Assembly (NCBI RefSeq): GCF_964213995.1
Contig: NW_027590141.1
Span: forward strand, 434,001 to 498,000
DNA length: 64,000 bases
Direction: 5' to 3'
From: Mustelus asterias
Taxonomy: Eukaryota
Shown: piece after piece, positions 1 to 11,819 of the stretch
Layout of the letters: the number at the start of each line of letters is the position of its first letter
How positions within the stretch are numbered: the stretch's first letter is position 1
Notes under the pieces: model-generated
Seen by the model: the letters and a program-made list of their open reading frames with translations, nothing else
What the model was told of the DNA's origin: nothing
Database searches by the model: none
Position numbers and translations under genes: made by a program

Positions 1-506
1 TACTTTCCTAAAGACTGAGGAAATTTGGCATATCATGTACCACTCTCACCAACTTTGACAGATGCACCATAGAAAGCATTCTTTCTGGTTGTATCACAGC
101 TTGGTATGGCTTCTGCTCTGCCCAAGACAGCAAGAAACTACAAAAGGTCGAGAAGCCCAGCCCATCACGCAAATCAGCCCACTGCCTCAGCAAAGCAGCC
201 AGCATAATTAAGGGCCCCACGCACCCCGGACATTTTCTCTTCCACCTTCTTCCAACGGGATAAAGATACAAAAGTCTGAGGTCAGTAACCGACCCAAGAA
301 TAGCTTCTTGCCTGCTGCCGTCAGACTTTTGAATGGACTAACCTCTCACTAAGTTCATCTTTCTCTACACCCTAGCTTTGACTGTAACACTACATTTTGC
401 ACTGTCTCCTTTCCTTCTCTGTGAATGGTATGCTTTGTCTGGACAGCATGCAAGAAAAAATACTTTTCACTTTATACTAATACGTGACAATAAATCAAAT
501 CAAATC
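1..506 (+). mobile_element. Rex1/Babar-like LINE 3' end, degraded
   Basis: Plus-strand translation resembles ..RCTIESILSGCITAWYG..; ends in aataaatcaaatcaaatc tail; same family as 7592-8805. Confidence 0.75.
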
Positions 507-539
507 TGTTTTGGATTCTCCTGCAAATGGAAACATTTG

Positions 540-1810
540 TGCCACATCTACAAGGTCCCACATGGTACACTGGGCAACAAATAAAGATCCAAGAGCAAGC
601 TACGTTTTGGATACAAAATTGTCTCAGTTGCACAAGGCAATGAGTGACAGTTGATGTGTGTTTTTTTGTGACTGGAAGATGCTGATGCAGTGGTCATGTA
701 ATTGGACGAGTAATCCAGAGGCCCAAGCTAATGGACTGGGGACATGCATTCAAATCCCAACGTGGCAGCTGGTGGAAATTGAATTAATAAATCTGGAATT
801 GAAAACGAATCCCTGGGTGAACATGAAATCATTGGCAATTGTTGTAAAAACCCATCCTGTTCACCAGTGCCCTTAACTGATCTGGTCTCCATGTGAATCC
901 AGACCCACAGCATTGTGGTTGCCTTCCAGAACTTCCAGGGTTTCCTCCGGGTGCTCCAGTTTCCTCCCACAGTCCAAAGATGCGCAGGTTAGGTTGATTG
1001 GCCATGCTAAAATTGTTCCTTAGTGTCCTAAGATGCGTAGGTTAGAAGGATTAGCGAGTAAATATATAGGGATATGGGGTTAGGGCCTGGGTGGGATTGT
1101 GGTCAGCGCAGACCCGATGGGCCAAATGGCCTCTTTCTGCACTGTAGGGTTTCTCTGATTCTTCTATGATTCTATGAACTGCGCTCTGAAAAAGCACAGC
1201 AAGCCACTCAGCTTGAGAGCAACTAGGATTGAGCAACAATGCTGGTCTTGCCAGTGACACCCACATCCAGTAAAGAATCAAAAGGCTGTGTCCAGAGGGG
1301 GTTTCATAGGGCTCAATACTGGGTCCTTCATTCTTGGTTTATATCATTGATTTGAAATTAAATGTAGGGACATGACTAAGAAGTTTGCCGATGATCCTAA
1401 AAATGGTTGTGCACTTGATAGTGAGGCAGAAAGCTGGAGGGAAAACAAGAAAAATGATTACTGATAAATGGCAGAACTATGAGAATTGTAGAAGAACAGA
1501 GGGATGTTGGAGTGCAGAAGGTCACGGGTATAGCTTGAGAGGCAGTAGATTTAAATCTGAGATGAGGAGGAACTACTTCTCGAAGATGGTGGTTAATTTG
1601 TGAAACTCGCTGCCCTATAGTACAATGCACTCTGAATTGTTCAATGGTTTCAATGAGATAGATATATTTCTAATTTTAAAAAATGGATAAGGGAATATGG
1701 GGAACATGTGGGGAGGTGGATTTGAGACCAGGGAGAGATCAGCCATGATTTGATTGAATGGCAGAGCAGGCTCAAACGGCTGAATTTGCCTACTGCTGCT
1801 CATATGTTCC
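540..1810 (+). mobile_element. Degraded CR1 LINE (RT fragments and 3' end) carrying nested SINEs
   Basis: DWK..SRGVS.GSILGP and KFADD-like remnants; CR1-type 3' UTR near 1700-1810. Confidence 0.6.
686..1283 (+). mobile_element. SacSINE1/Deu-like SINE interrupted by the 3' part of an HE1-type SINE (about 936-1176)
   Basis: tRNA-like head, body gttgtaaaaacccatc..ttcac, tail caataaatgctgg-like; inner piece has V-core gtttctccgggtgctccagtttcctcccaca and (ttctatga)n tail. Confidence 0.65.
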
Positions 1811-1959
1811 CACAGCCACAGATCCATGAATGTAGCCAAAGAACAATGCAGCACAGGAAAGGGCCCTTTGGCACACCAAGTCTGCGTCGATACGCGGTTT
1901 CTATCACTCTGTTCGCCTCCAGGTCATGCATCTGTCAAGGAGATAATTTCATTCATGAC

Positions 1960-2175
1960 TTGTGAAAAACATCAACCTGAGTCACCCTGGCTGATCAGAC
2001 AGAATCACAGACGTTAACCTTGTGTCTGAGTGTGTGGAGATTTTCCCAGAGGATCCTCAGTCACCATCGAGACTAACTTTAAATTGCAGATCGTATTAAT
2101 TGAATGGATTTGAAGCCCTGTCCCCAGGACATTGTGTTGACTCTCTGAATTACTCATGCAGTGACATTGCCAGGA
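1960..2175 (-). mobile_element. SacSINE1/Deu-like SINE fragment
   Basis: Reverse complement resembles the head of the copies at 686 and 56750. Confidence 0.4.
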
Positions 2176-2296
2176 GGTCAGTGTGTCTCCCCTGCTCTCT
2201 TTGTTGGCGGGGAGAAGCCAGAAGCGGCGGATAGGGAGAGTGGAGAATGTTCATTGTGAACCCCGCCCTCCGGCACTGACCTCTCACCCGACACCT

Positions 2297-2800
2297 CACA
2301 ATGCCCGAGTGATTGATGGCAGCTCCGGGCCAATAGGAGGAGGGGGCGGGGCTGGAGGACCAAGCGGAACGGACTGCTCCTCCAACCAATCGGAGTGAAT
2401 GAAGAGGCGGGGCTGGACTGAGTGAAGCATGCGCAGTGTGATTAATGGCGATGGAGAAATTCTTGTTCGGGTCCAAAATCAGAAAAAGGTGAGAATTTGC
2501 TTGTCGGAGGGAGCGGTGGATCAGAGAGGCTTTGTAATCACGATCAGCTTCTGCAAAAAAAACCTACCGATATCCGGGGCTGATCCCAGCCCTTTGCACA
2601 GAGCAGTTTTCTTCCAGTTAGGATCCGGATGAACCGCCACCATTTTTATCTGGGCACACCCAATGGGGAGCATGCGCGGCCGCCATCTTTATTCGGGGCA
2701 CTCGCAGCAGGGCGCATGCGTAGCTGCCATGTTTGTTGGGGGCAATGTTTTGACATCTTCCCAGAGACAGAATGTGAACAACTTGTCCATCACGCATCAA
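2297..2800 (+). promoter_or_regulatory. ZNF promoter module with putative exon 1 (donor GTGAGA at 2489)
   Basis: Two CCAAT boxes, two GGCGGGG GC boxes, NRF1-like GCATGCGC, YY1-like GCCGCCATCTT downstream; CpG-rich; homologous to 15770, 53180 and 63370 modules. Confidence 0.7.
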
Positions 2801-3306
2801 AAGGATATTAATAAGGTTGAAAGAGTGCAGAGAAGGTTTACAAGGATGTTGCCGGGACTTGAGAAACTGAGTTACAGAGAAAGGTTGAATCGGTTGGGAC
2901 TTTATCCCCTGGAGCGTAGAAGAATAAGGGGAGATTTGATAGAGGTGTATAAAATTATGATGGGTATAGATGGAATGAATGCAAGCAGGCTTTTTCCACT
3001 GAGGCTAGGGGAGAAAATAACGAGAGGACATGGGTTAAGGGTGAAGGGGGAAAAGTTTAAAGGGAATATTGGGGGGGGGCTTCTTCACGCAGAGAGTGGT
3101 GGGAGTGTGGAATGAGCTGCCAGATGAAGTGGTGAATGCGGGCTCACTTTTAACATTTAAGAAAAACTTGGACAGGTACATGGATGAGAGGGGTGTGGAG
3201 AGATATGGTCCAGGTGCAGGTCAGTGGGACTAGGCAGAAAAATGGTTCGGCGCAGACAAGAAGGGCCAAAAGGCCTGTTTCTGTGCTGTAAGGTTCTATG
3301 GTTCTA
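2800..3306 (+). mobile_element. CR1 LINE 3' end
   Basis: ERVQRRFTRMLPGLEKLSYRERL..LERRR.RGDLIEVYKIM motif; (gttctatg)n tail. Confidence 0.9.
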
Positions 3307-3454
3307 AACCGTGTCACTCTTTCACTTCCAATTTCTTACTGATGAGGCAGAACAACAATATCAGGGCAGTGAAGATCATTTGTATTCTTATGTGTCTTTA
3401 ACAAAATAAAATAGCCTCAGAAATTTCACAAAATTGTTACAGTTCTTTGAAAAG

Positions 3455-3730
3455 GGGTAGCACAGTGGTCCGCACTGCTGCCTCACAGCTCCAAGGACCC
3501 AGGTTCAATCCAGCCTCGGGTGACTCTGCCTCCTCTTGTCTGTGTGGGGTTTCATCCGGGTGCTCCGGTTTCCTCTCACAGTCCAATGATGTGCAGGTTA
3601 GCTGGATTGGCTATGCTAAATTGCCCCTTAGTGCCCCAAAATGTGTAGGTTGGGGAGGTAATGGTATAAATATGTGGGGTACAGGGATAGGACCTGGGTG
3701 GGATTCTGGGTCAGAGATTCGGTGCAGAGT
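3455..3730 (+). mobile_element. HE1-type V-SINE
   Basis: tRNA-derived head with A/B boxes (ggttcaatcc), V-domain core. Confidence 0.8.
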
Positions 3731-4033
3731 CCAGATCAGTTGACAAATTTCCTTCCCTGAAGGACATGAGTGAATCAATTGAATCCAGCAGCTCTCATAG
3801 TCACTTTTTCCAAGTGCAGGCCCCACATATTACCAGATTCATTCAGCTCAATTTCACAACCTGCCTTTGTGTTTTTGTGGGTTCTCTCTCACTCCCTTTT
3901 TTCTGTTCTCAATTAATTTCACAGGGTTTTAGAAGGGGACGATTTGCAATTGGGAAACTGAAACCAAACATCACATCAGGGACTGATACAGTCGACCAAT
4001 TTATCGTAACCTGAATATTGTCATATTTTGAAC

Positions 4034-5071
4034 ATGGAAGGAAGAAGCTCCATTCATAGCGGAGGGAAACCATACTCGTGTTCTGTGTGTGGACAAGGAT
4101 TCAACCAGTCATCTGACCTGTCAAAACATAAATGCAGTCATGATGGGGAGAAGCCGTGGAAATGTGGGGTCTGTGGGAAGGGATTTAATTACCCATCCCA
4201 GCTGGAAACTCATCAGCGTGGTCACACCGGGGAGAGGCCGTTCACCTGCTCGGACTGCGGGAAAGGATTCACTAAGTCATCCACCCTGCTGACACACCAG
4301 CGCACACACACTGGGCAGAGGCCATTCACCTGCTCTGTGTGTGGGATCGGATTCACTCAATCATCGACACTGCTGACACACCAGCGAATTCACACTGGGG
4401 AGAGACCTTTCACCTGCACTGACTGTGGACAGGGATTCACTCACCAATCCACCCTGCTGACACACCAGCGAGTTCACACTAGGCAGAGACCGTTCACCTG
4501 CTCTGAGTGTGGGAAAGGATTTATTAATTTATCCAACCTGACGACACACCAAAGAAATCACACTGACGAGAGACCGTTTAAATGTCTGGACTGTGGGAAG
4601 TGTTATAAAACCTCTCAGGAACTGATGTACCATCAACAAGTTCACACTGACGAGAGACCGTTCAGGTGCTCTCACTGCGGAACTGGGTTCAAGCGATCAT
4701 CTCATCTCACCGTTCACCAGCGCACTCACACGGGAGATAGACCGTTCACATGCTCTGAGTGTGGGGAAGGATTCACTCAGTCATACATTCTGCTGAGACA
4801 CCAGCGAGTTCACACTGGAGAGAGACCATTCACCTGCTCCAGGTGTGGGAAGAGATTCACTCAATCATCAGCACTGCTAAGACACCAGCGAGTTCACACT
4901 GGGGAGAGGCTGTTCATCTGCAATGATTGTGGGAAGAGATTCACTCAGTCATCCAACCTGCTGACACACCAGCGAGTTCACACCGGGGAGAGACCATTCA
5001 CGTGTTCTGTGTGTGGGATGGGATTTACTCAGACATCCAACCTGCTGAGACACCAGCGAATTCACAATTAA
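4034..5071 (+). CDS. C2H2 zinc-finger protein, 12 fingers, no effector domain seen (ZNF-A)
   Basis: Open ORF from ATG 4034 with CxxC..HxxxH repeats and TGERPF linkers; acceptor ttcacag|G at 3925; AATAAA near 5148. Confidence 0.9.
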   Translation: MEGRSSIHSGGKPYSCSVCGQGFNQSSDLSKHKCSHDGEKPWKCGVCGKGFNYPSQLETHQRGHTGERPFTCSDCGKGFTKSSTLLTHQRTHTGQRPFTCSVCGIGFTQSSTLLTHQRIHTGERPFTCTDCGQGFTHQSTLLTHQRVHTRQRPFTCSECGKGFINLSNLTTHQRNHTDERPFKCLDCGKCYKTSQELMYHQQVHTDERPFRCSHCGTGFKRSSHLTVHQRTHTGDRPFTCSECGEGFTQSYILLRHQRVHTGERPFTCSRCGKRFTQSSALLRHQRVHTGERLFICNDCGKRFTQSSNLLTHQRVHTGERPFTCSVCGMGFTQTSNLLRHQRIHN

Positions 5072-5429
5072 CTCCAGAGATTGGACTGTGTTGTCAATCA
5101 GATTGAAAACTGAGCTATGTTCATTAGGGTCTGTTTCTGCTGATGTTAATAAACTTCAGGTCAGTTATAGAGGCTAATATTCTGGACAAAAATCAAATAT
5201 GTTGTCTTTGATTTAAACATGCTGTGTCAAAACCTTTTAATATCTCTAACACAAGTTAGTTCCTTTTGAAGGACTTTCTCTTGTCTCCTCCATCTTCACC
5301 TCCAACAATAAAGTGTGAGGAGCTCATGGAGTTTTTTTGTCACTAAGATTGAGACAATCTGATCAGCTGCCTCTGCTGCTTCCCTTCCTTCCACTAGCCT
5401 CTGGGCCAGACTTTCTGCAAAGCTCCTCT

Positions 5430-5800
5430 GTATCCAAGCTCTGAACTCACATCTTTTTCCAGTTTCTCTCCTATTTCCTGTCAGTCCCTATCATTGCCCA
5501 TCTTGTCCATGAGACCCGCTTTCAACTCCCTTTACCCTTTTCCCACTAAACCACTGATAACCCAACTTCCCCGCATTACCTGATATTGTTAATGGACCTG
5601 TCTTTTCTGATACTCTCCATCTCACCTGTAATTCACCCTCAGCATCCATCCTAAGGAAAAAACCCTTAACCGCACTGTCGTTACAAACTACTGTCCCAAC
5701 TCCAACCTCCCTTTCCTCTCCAAAGTCCTTGAACTTTGTGTCCCCCAAGGATCTTTCCTTGGCCCCTCCCATTTCCCATGCTGCCACTGGGTGACATCAT
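5430..5800 (+). mobile_element. L2-like LINE RT fragments
   Basis: NYCPNSNLPFLSK and VPQGS.LGP-like remnants; similar to 45120-46600. Confidence 0.5.
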
Positions 5801-6259
5801 CCATTGTTTTGGAAGAAGATTGTAAAGTACCTTTTTGAGAGCAGAGTTTGGAAACACTCGTGTGACAATCATTTCAGGGGAAATTTGAGGTGAAATCCAC
5901 AGAGGATCGATTGAGTTGCATCTGCCACTTAACTTCAGAGTGGGGGTTATCTGATTACAGTCAACCTGTGGGTTTAAAGGGATTGTGTGTTTACTGAGAA
6001 CATTATAGCATAAGAAATTTTCTACCTGTGTTATCCTTGAAATCTGTGTACATTTGTGAAGGTAAGTGGGAGTGAAGAAGTCTTGTCTTATGATCAAACT
6101 CTTCGTATTTAATAAATATTTTATTGTTAAAATCTAATTGGCAGTCCTGTGACTCTGTTCCTCTATGTTTTCAAAGAAAATAAAAGTTATGGTCTTTTGA
6201 GCCAGGGTTCCATTCTGGGATCTTCCTGTCCAGCTATAACATCAACTGGGATTGTAACA
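5800..6259 (+). mobile_element. Possible LTR fragment
   Basis: AT-rich, AATAAA, ends in ..ctgggattgtaaCA abutting a LINE tail; no TSD found. Confidence 0.3.
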
Positions 6260-6452
6260 CTCACCATCTTGACTTTGAAATATATCGCTGTTCCTTCGCT
6301 GTCACTGGGTCAGAATCCTGGAACTCCCTCCCTGACAGCACTATGGTGTACCTACACCACAGGGATTGCAGCAGTTCTAGAAGGCAGCTCACCAACAGCT
6401 TCCCTAGGCCAATTAGAGATGGGCAATAAATGCTGGCCTAGCCGGTGACGCC
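6260..6452 (+). mobile_element. CR1/L2-group LINE 3' end
   Basis: Close match to 48720-48930. Confidence 0.6.
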
Positions 6453-6974
6453 ACGTTTTATTATTCAGGAAAGGCTGTGGGCTTTGGCCTCTGTAAATGA
6501 ATAAAAAATAAGGTAATATCTGTTTTTAGCCTATTGAATTTTAATGACAGCATTGCCTTCTCCTTTGTTCTTACGTCCTGGGCCTATTACACGGTTATGC
6601 TTGAAGGAATAGAGCCAGCCTGACTCCACTGTGTTACCTCTGACACTGTTTCAATCCCCAAGCTGCTACAGACATCTTTATTAGCTCAAACAAACACATT
6701 CTCACAGTGTGAGGCCAGTTCTCCTGCACAATTTAATTCATTTTGCAGACATTGCTAATTCCGGCAAGGCGGCGACTTGACTACATTGACCAGCATGCAC
6801 TCCATTTTGAACCCACAATGCAGTTCAGTGCAGTTCTTCAGATATCCTCGGTCTGGGTTCTTCTATCACCCTCGATGTTCCATGTTACCACCATGAGACA
6901 GTCTCCACACAGGGTCCCACCGCAACCCATCTACACTTAATATAAAAGAAATAAGCAAGTTACAACTGATTGGG

Positions 6975-7292
6975 CCAGCATGGTGGCACAGTTGTTACCA
7001 CTGCTGCCTCACAGCACCAGGGACCCGGGTTCAATTCCCGGCTTGGGTTACTGTCTGTGTGGAGTTTGCACATTCTCCCCGTGTCTGCGTGCATTTCCTC
7101 CGGGTGCTCCGGTTTCCTCCCACAGTGCAAAGGTGTGTGGATTGCATGGATTGGCTATGCTAAATTACCTCCTAGTGTCAGGGGGACTAACTATTGTAAA
7201 TGCATGGGGTCATGGGGATAGGGCCTGAGTGGGATTGTGGTCAGATTGTGGGAGACTTGATGGCCTCCTTCTGCACTGTAGGATTCTATGAT
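6975..7292 (+). mobile_element. HE1-type V-SINE, full length
   Basis: tRNA head, V core, CR1-like tail ctgcactgtaggattctatgatt. Confidence 0.85.
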
Positions 7293-7319
7293 TGCACATT
7301 TAGATAATACATTGGTTTT

Positions 7320-7588
7320 CAATAGGGCCATTCTGTTAAAAGCAGGTTGTTACGCTGAAGCTTTATAAAGCAGTGTTTAAACCATCATGCGAGTATTGTG
7401 TTCATATCCAGTCAGCACACTTCAGGAAGGATGGGATGGTCCTTGAGAAGGTGCAGAGGAGACTTATCAGAATGGTTCCAGCAATGAAGAATTTTAACTC
7501 CAAGCTCAGGTTCGAGAAGCTGAAGTTGTTCTACTTGGAACGAAGGAGGCAGAGGGGAGATCTGATAGAGGTGAACACCATTATGGCA
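7320..7588 (+). mobile_element. CR1 RT C-terminal fragment
   Basis: LEKVQRRLIRMVP..LERRRQRGDLIEV. Confidence 0.75.
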
Positions 7589-7591
7589 GGT

Positions 7592-8805
7592 TTGATTTGA
7601 TTTGATTTATTATCGTCCCATGTATTAACATAGTGAAAAGTATTGTTTCTTGCGCGCTATACAAAGCATACTGTTCATAGGGAAGGAAACGAGAGAGTGC
7701 AGAATGTAGTGTTACAGTCATAGCTAAGGTGTGGTGAAAGATCAACTTAATGCAAGGGAAGTCCATTCAAAAGACTGACAGCAGCAGGAAAGAAGCTGTT
7801 CTTGAGTCGGTTGGTACGTGATCTCAGACTTTTGTATCTTTTTCCCAAGGGAAGAAGGTGAAAGAGAGAATGATTGGGGTGCGTGGGGTCCTTAATTATG
7901 CTGGCTGCTTTGCCGAGGCAGCGGGAAGTGTAGTCAGAGTCAATGGATGGGAGACCGGTTTGCGTGATGGATTTCATGACCTTTTGCAGTTCCTTGCGGT
8001 CTTGGTTAGAGCAGGAGCCATACCAAGCTGTGATACAACCAGAAAAAATGCTTTCTGTGGTGCATCTGTAAAAGTTGGTGAGAGTCGTAGCTGACATCCC
8101 AAATTTCCTTAGTCTTCTAAGAAAGTAGAGGAATTGGTGGGCTTCCTTAACTAAGTCAATTACTCGGGGCCATAGGTTTAATGTGCGAGGGGCAAGGCTT
8201 AAAGGAGATGTACAAGGCAGATTTTTTACACAGAGAGTAGTGGGTGCCTGGAACTCGTTGCCGGGGGAGGTAGTGGAAGCAGATACGGTTGTGACTTCTA
8301 AGGGGCATCTTGACAAGTACATGAATAGGATGGGAATAGAGTGATATGGTCCCCGGAAGGGTAGAGGGTTTAGTTAAGTCGGGCAGCATGGTCGGTGCAG
8401 GCTTGAAGGGCCAAAGGGCCTGTTCGTGCACTATAATTTTCTTTGTTCTTTGTTCTATAGTGTCAGCATGGGGGTACCAGGCCAGGTCGTTGGTGAACTG
8501 GACACTTGAAGCTCTCGACCCTTTCTACTTCATCTCCATTGATGTAGACAGGGGCATGTTCTCCTCTATGCTTCCTGAAATTGATGACAATCTCCTTCAT
8601 TTTGTTGACATTGAGGGAGAGATTATTGTTGCCGCACCAGTTCACCAGATTCTCTCTCATTCCTGTACTCTGTCTCGTCATTGTTTGAGACCCGACCCAC
8701 TACGGTGTCATCAGCAAACTTGAAAATCAAGTTGGAGGGGAATTTGGCCACACAGTCATAGGTGTATAAGGAGTATAGAAGGGGGCTGAGAACACAGCCT
8801 TGTGG
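7592..8805 (-). mobile_element. Rex1/Babar-like LINE, 5' truncated, with a CR1 3' end inserted at about 8152-8455 (+)
   Basis: PQGCVLSPLLYSLYT, KFADDT, YRCTTESIFSGCITAWYG..RLKNSFFP; (gattt)n tail at left end. Confidence 0.85.
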
Positions 8806-8981
8806 GTTTAGATCAAGTGAAGAAGGAAATTGGTCAGAATCTACAGAGACTGCTGGAGGCAAGGCTGCTGATAAACGTAACCTTTAATTGCACATTCTTC
8901 GAACTATGTACAATACAAGATCGTAAGAAGTTTAACAACACCAGGTTAAAGTCCAACAGGTTTATTTGGTAGCAAAAGCCA

Positions 8982-9018
8982 CACAAGCTTTCGAGGCTCT
9001 GAGCCCCTTCTTCAGGTG
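8982..9018 (-). ncRNA. Minimal type I hammerhead ribozyme motif
   Basis: cac CTGAAGA a ggggct-cag-agcctc GAAA GC TT gtg on minus strand. Confidence 0.8.
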
Positions 9019-9300
9019 AGTGGGAATTCTGTTCACAAACAGAACTTATAAGACACAGACTCAATTTACATGAATAATGGTTGGAATGCGAATACTTACA
9101 ACTAATCCAGTCTTTAAGAAACAAAACAATGGGAGTGGAGAGAGCATCAAGACAGGCTAAAAAGATGTGTATTGTCTCCAGACAAGACAGCCAGTGAAAC
9201 TCTGCAGGTCCACGCAACTGTGGGAGTTACAAATAGTGTGACATAAATTCTGATTCTAGGATCGCATGATAAAGACTCAGGAGGAAAAAAGCAGAAATAT

Positions 9301-10841
9301 TTATGTGAAATAGTGTGACATAAACCCAATATCCCGGTTGAGGCCGTCCTTGTGTGTGCGGAACCTGGCTATCAGTTTCTGCTCCGCGACTCTGCGCTGT
9401 CGTGTGTCGCGAAGGCCGCCTTGGAGAACGCTTACCCGAATATCAGAGGCCGAATGCCCGTGACCGCTGAAGTGCTCCCCAACAGGAAGAGAACAGTCTT
9501 GCCTGGTGATTGTCGAGCGGTGTTCATTCATCCGTTGTCGCAGCGTCTGCATAGTTTCCCCAATGTACCATGCCTCGGGACATCCTTTCTTGCAGCGTAT
9601 CAGGTAGACAACGTTGGCCGAGTTGCAAGAGTATGTACCGTGTACCTGGTGGATGGTGTTCTCACGTGAGATGATGGCATCTGTGTCGATGATCCGGCAC
9701 GTCTTGCAGAGGTTGCTGTGGCAGGGTTGTGTGGTGTCTTGGTCACTGTTCTCCTGAAGGCTGGGTAGTTTGCTGCGGACAATGGTCTGTTTGAGGTTGT
9801 GCGGTTGTTTGAAGGCAAGAAGTGGGGGTGTGGGGATGGCCTTGGCGAGATGTTCGTCTTCATCAATGACATGTTGAAGGCTCCGGAGGAGATGCCGTAG
9901 CTTCTCCGCTCCGGGGAAGTACTGGACAACGAAGGGTACTCTGTCCACTGTGTCCCGTGTTTGTCTTCTGAGGAGGTCGGTGCGATTTTTCGCTGTGGCG
10001 CGTTGGAACTGTTGATCAATGAGTCTAGCGCCATATCCTGTTCTTATGAGGGCATCTTTCAGCGTCTGGAGGTGTCTGTTGCGATCCTCCTCATCCGAGC
10101 AGATCCTGTGTATACGGAGGGCTTGTCCGTAGGGGATGGCTTCTTTAACGTGTTTAGGGTGGAAGCTGGAGAAGTGGAGCATCGTGAGGTTATCCGTGGG
10201 CTTGCGGTACAGTGAGGTGCTGAGGTGACCGTCCTTAATGGAGATGCGCGTGTCCAAGAATGCAACCGATTCCGGAGAGTAGTCTATGGTGAGCCTGATG
10301 GTGGGATGGAACTTGTTGATGTCATCATAGAGTTGTTTCAGTGATTGTTCACCATGAGTCCAAAGGAAGAAAATGTCATCGATGTATCTAGTGTATAGCA
10401 CCGGTTGAAGGTCCCGTGCGGTGAAGAAGTCTTGTTCGAACCTGTGCATGAAGATGTTGGCATATTGAGGTGCAAATTTGGTCCCCATGGCTGTTCCGTG
10501 TGTCTGGATGAAGAACTGGTTGTTGAAGGTGAAGATATTGTGGTCCAGGATGAAGCGGATGAGATGTAAAATTGCATCTGGAAACTGGCAGTTGTTGGCG
10601 CTGAGCACTGAGGCCGTTGCAGCAATGCCATCGTCATGGGGGATGCTGGTGTAGAGTGCTGAGACATCCATTGTGACGAGGAGCGCTCCTGGTTCAACTG
10701 CTCCATGTGTGCCGAGTTTCTGTAGGAAGTCCGTCGTGTCGCGACAAAAGCTGGGGGTTCTTTGTACAATGGGTTTCAGGATGCCCTCGACATAGCCGGA
10801 GAGGTTCTCGCACAGGGTCCCATTGCCCGATACGATGGGAC
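9301..10841 (-). CDS. PLE reverse transcriptase-GIY-YIG endonuclease ORF (N-terminally truncated)
   Basis: RPIVS, MDVSALYTSI, GTAMG, YTRYIDD, linker PCHSNLCKTC, VVYLIRC..WYIGET..RMNEH; residues encoded upstream of 10841 come from the inverted pLTR. Confidence 0.9.
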
Positions 10842-11015
10842 GGCTGTCTTGTCTGGAGACAATACACATCTTTTTAGCCTGTCTTGATGCTCTCTCCACT
10901 CCCATTGTTTTGTTTCTTAAAGACTGGATTAGTTGTAAGTATTCGCATTCCAACCATTATTCATGTAAATTGAGTCTGTGTCTTATAAGTTCTGTTTGTG
11001 AACAGAATTCCCACT

Positions 11016-11052
11016 CACCTGAAGAAGGGGCTCAGAGCCTCGAAAGCTTGTG
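11016..11052 (+). ncRNA. Minimal type I hammerhead ribozyme motif
   Basis: Same motif in the inverted pLTR copy. Confidence 0.8.
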
Positions 11053-11819
11053 TGGCTTTTGCTACCAAATAAACCTGTTGGACTTTAACCTGGTGTTGTT
11101 AAACTTCTTACTGTGTTTACCCCAGTCCAACGCCGGCATCTCCACATCATCAATACAAGATCAGCATGAGGCTTCACAGAGAACCAACTCTCAGCACGCT
11201 CTTGTCATCTGATCATACATCACTGTGTAGAATATTTACAAATTTAACATGAACCCTTTACACTACACCAAGTCTCTAGTCAGCCCTCCTAACATCCCCT
11301 TCTTTGACTCAGTGTCAGTTAATGTTTCTGAGATTCACTTTGGGACACTCTCCTACATTGAAGGTCTGATGGAAATGAAAGTTATTTTTAAATCACATTG
11401 TAACAGACTGGGGAAGTCAAGATTAAAACAATATCTGGGTAAATGGAGTTAGGTCTCAGATCAGCCCTGACCTCAGTGAATGAGAGAACAGGCTCGAGGG
11501 GGATAAATGACCTCCTCCTGTTCCTGGTAAACTTGGACTCAGACACCAGCTGATGAATGGAAAGTGATGGGAGACCTGGGGAGAAGAGACTTCATCAGAA
11601 ACCAGCACTGGAGCAGAGTTAGAGAGTGGGAGAATCCTGGGGAGAAACTACACAGGAACTGGAGGAGGTTGTTCAGCCCTTCCAGTCTGCTCTGTCATTC
11701 AGTTAGACTCTGGCTGATCAATCAGATCATCAAGATTTATTTGATTCTATTCTGTAGATTAAGCTGCAGCTCAGATTTATGGGAAATGAAAGTCAGTAGA
11801 AACAAACTCCAACTCTCAC

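Larger units (their letters stand above)
8923..11150 (-). mobile_element. Penelope-like element (Neptune type), 5' truncated, with inverted pseudo-LTR
   Basis: RT + GIY-YIG ORF; 270-bp inverted repeat 8923-9192 / 10842-11111; TSD caatacaagatc at 8911-8922 and 11151-11162. Confidence 0.95.

Noticed and set aside
4034-5071. Assigning human ZNF gene symbols
   Set aside because: Similarity to mammalian ZNFs reflects the generic finger repeat; orthology cannot be supported
6975-7050. tRNA genes at SINE heads
   Set aside because: A/B boxes run into the V core and LINE-like tail; no complete cloverleaf
10823-11212. Two near-identical ORFs (8834-9217 and 10823-11212)
   Set aside because: Translations of the inverted pLTR, not a gene pair
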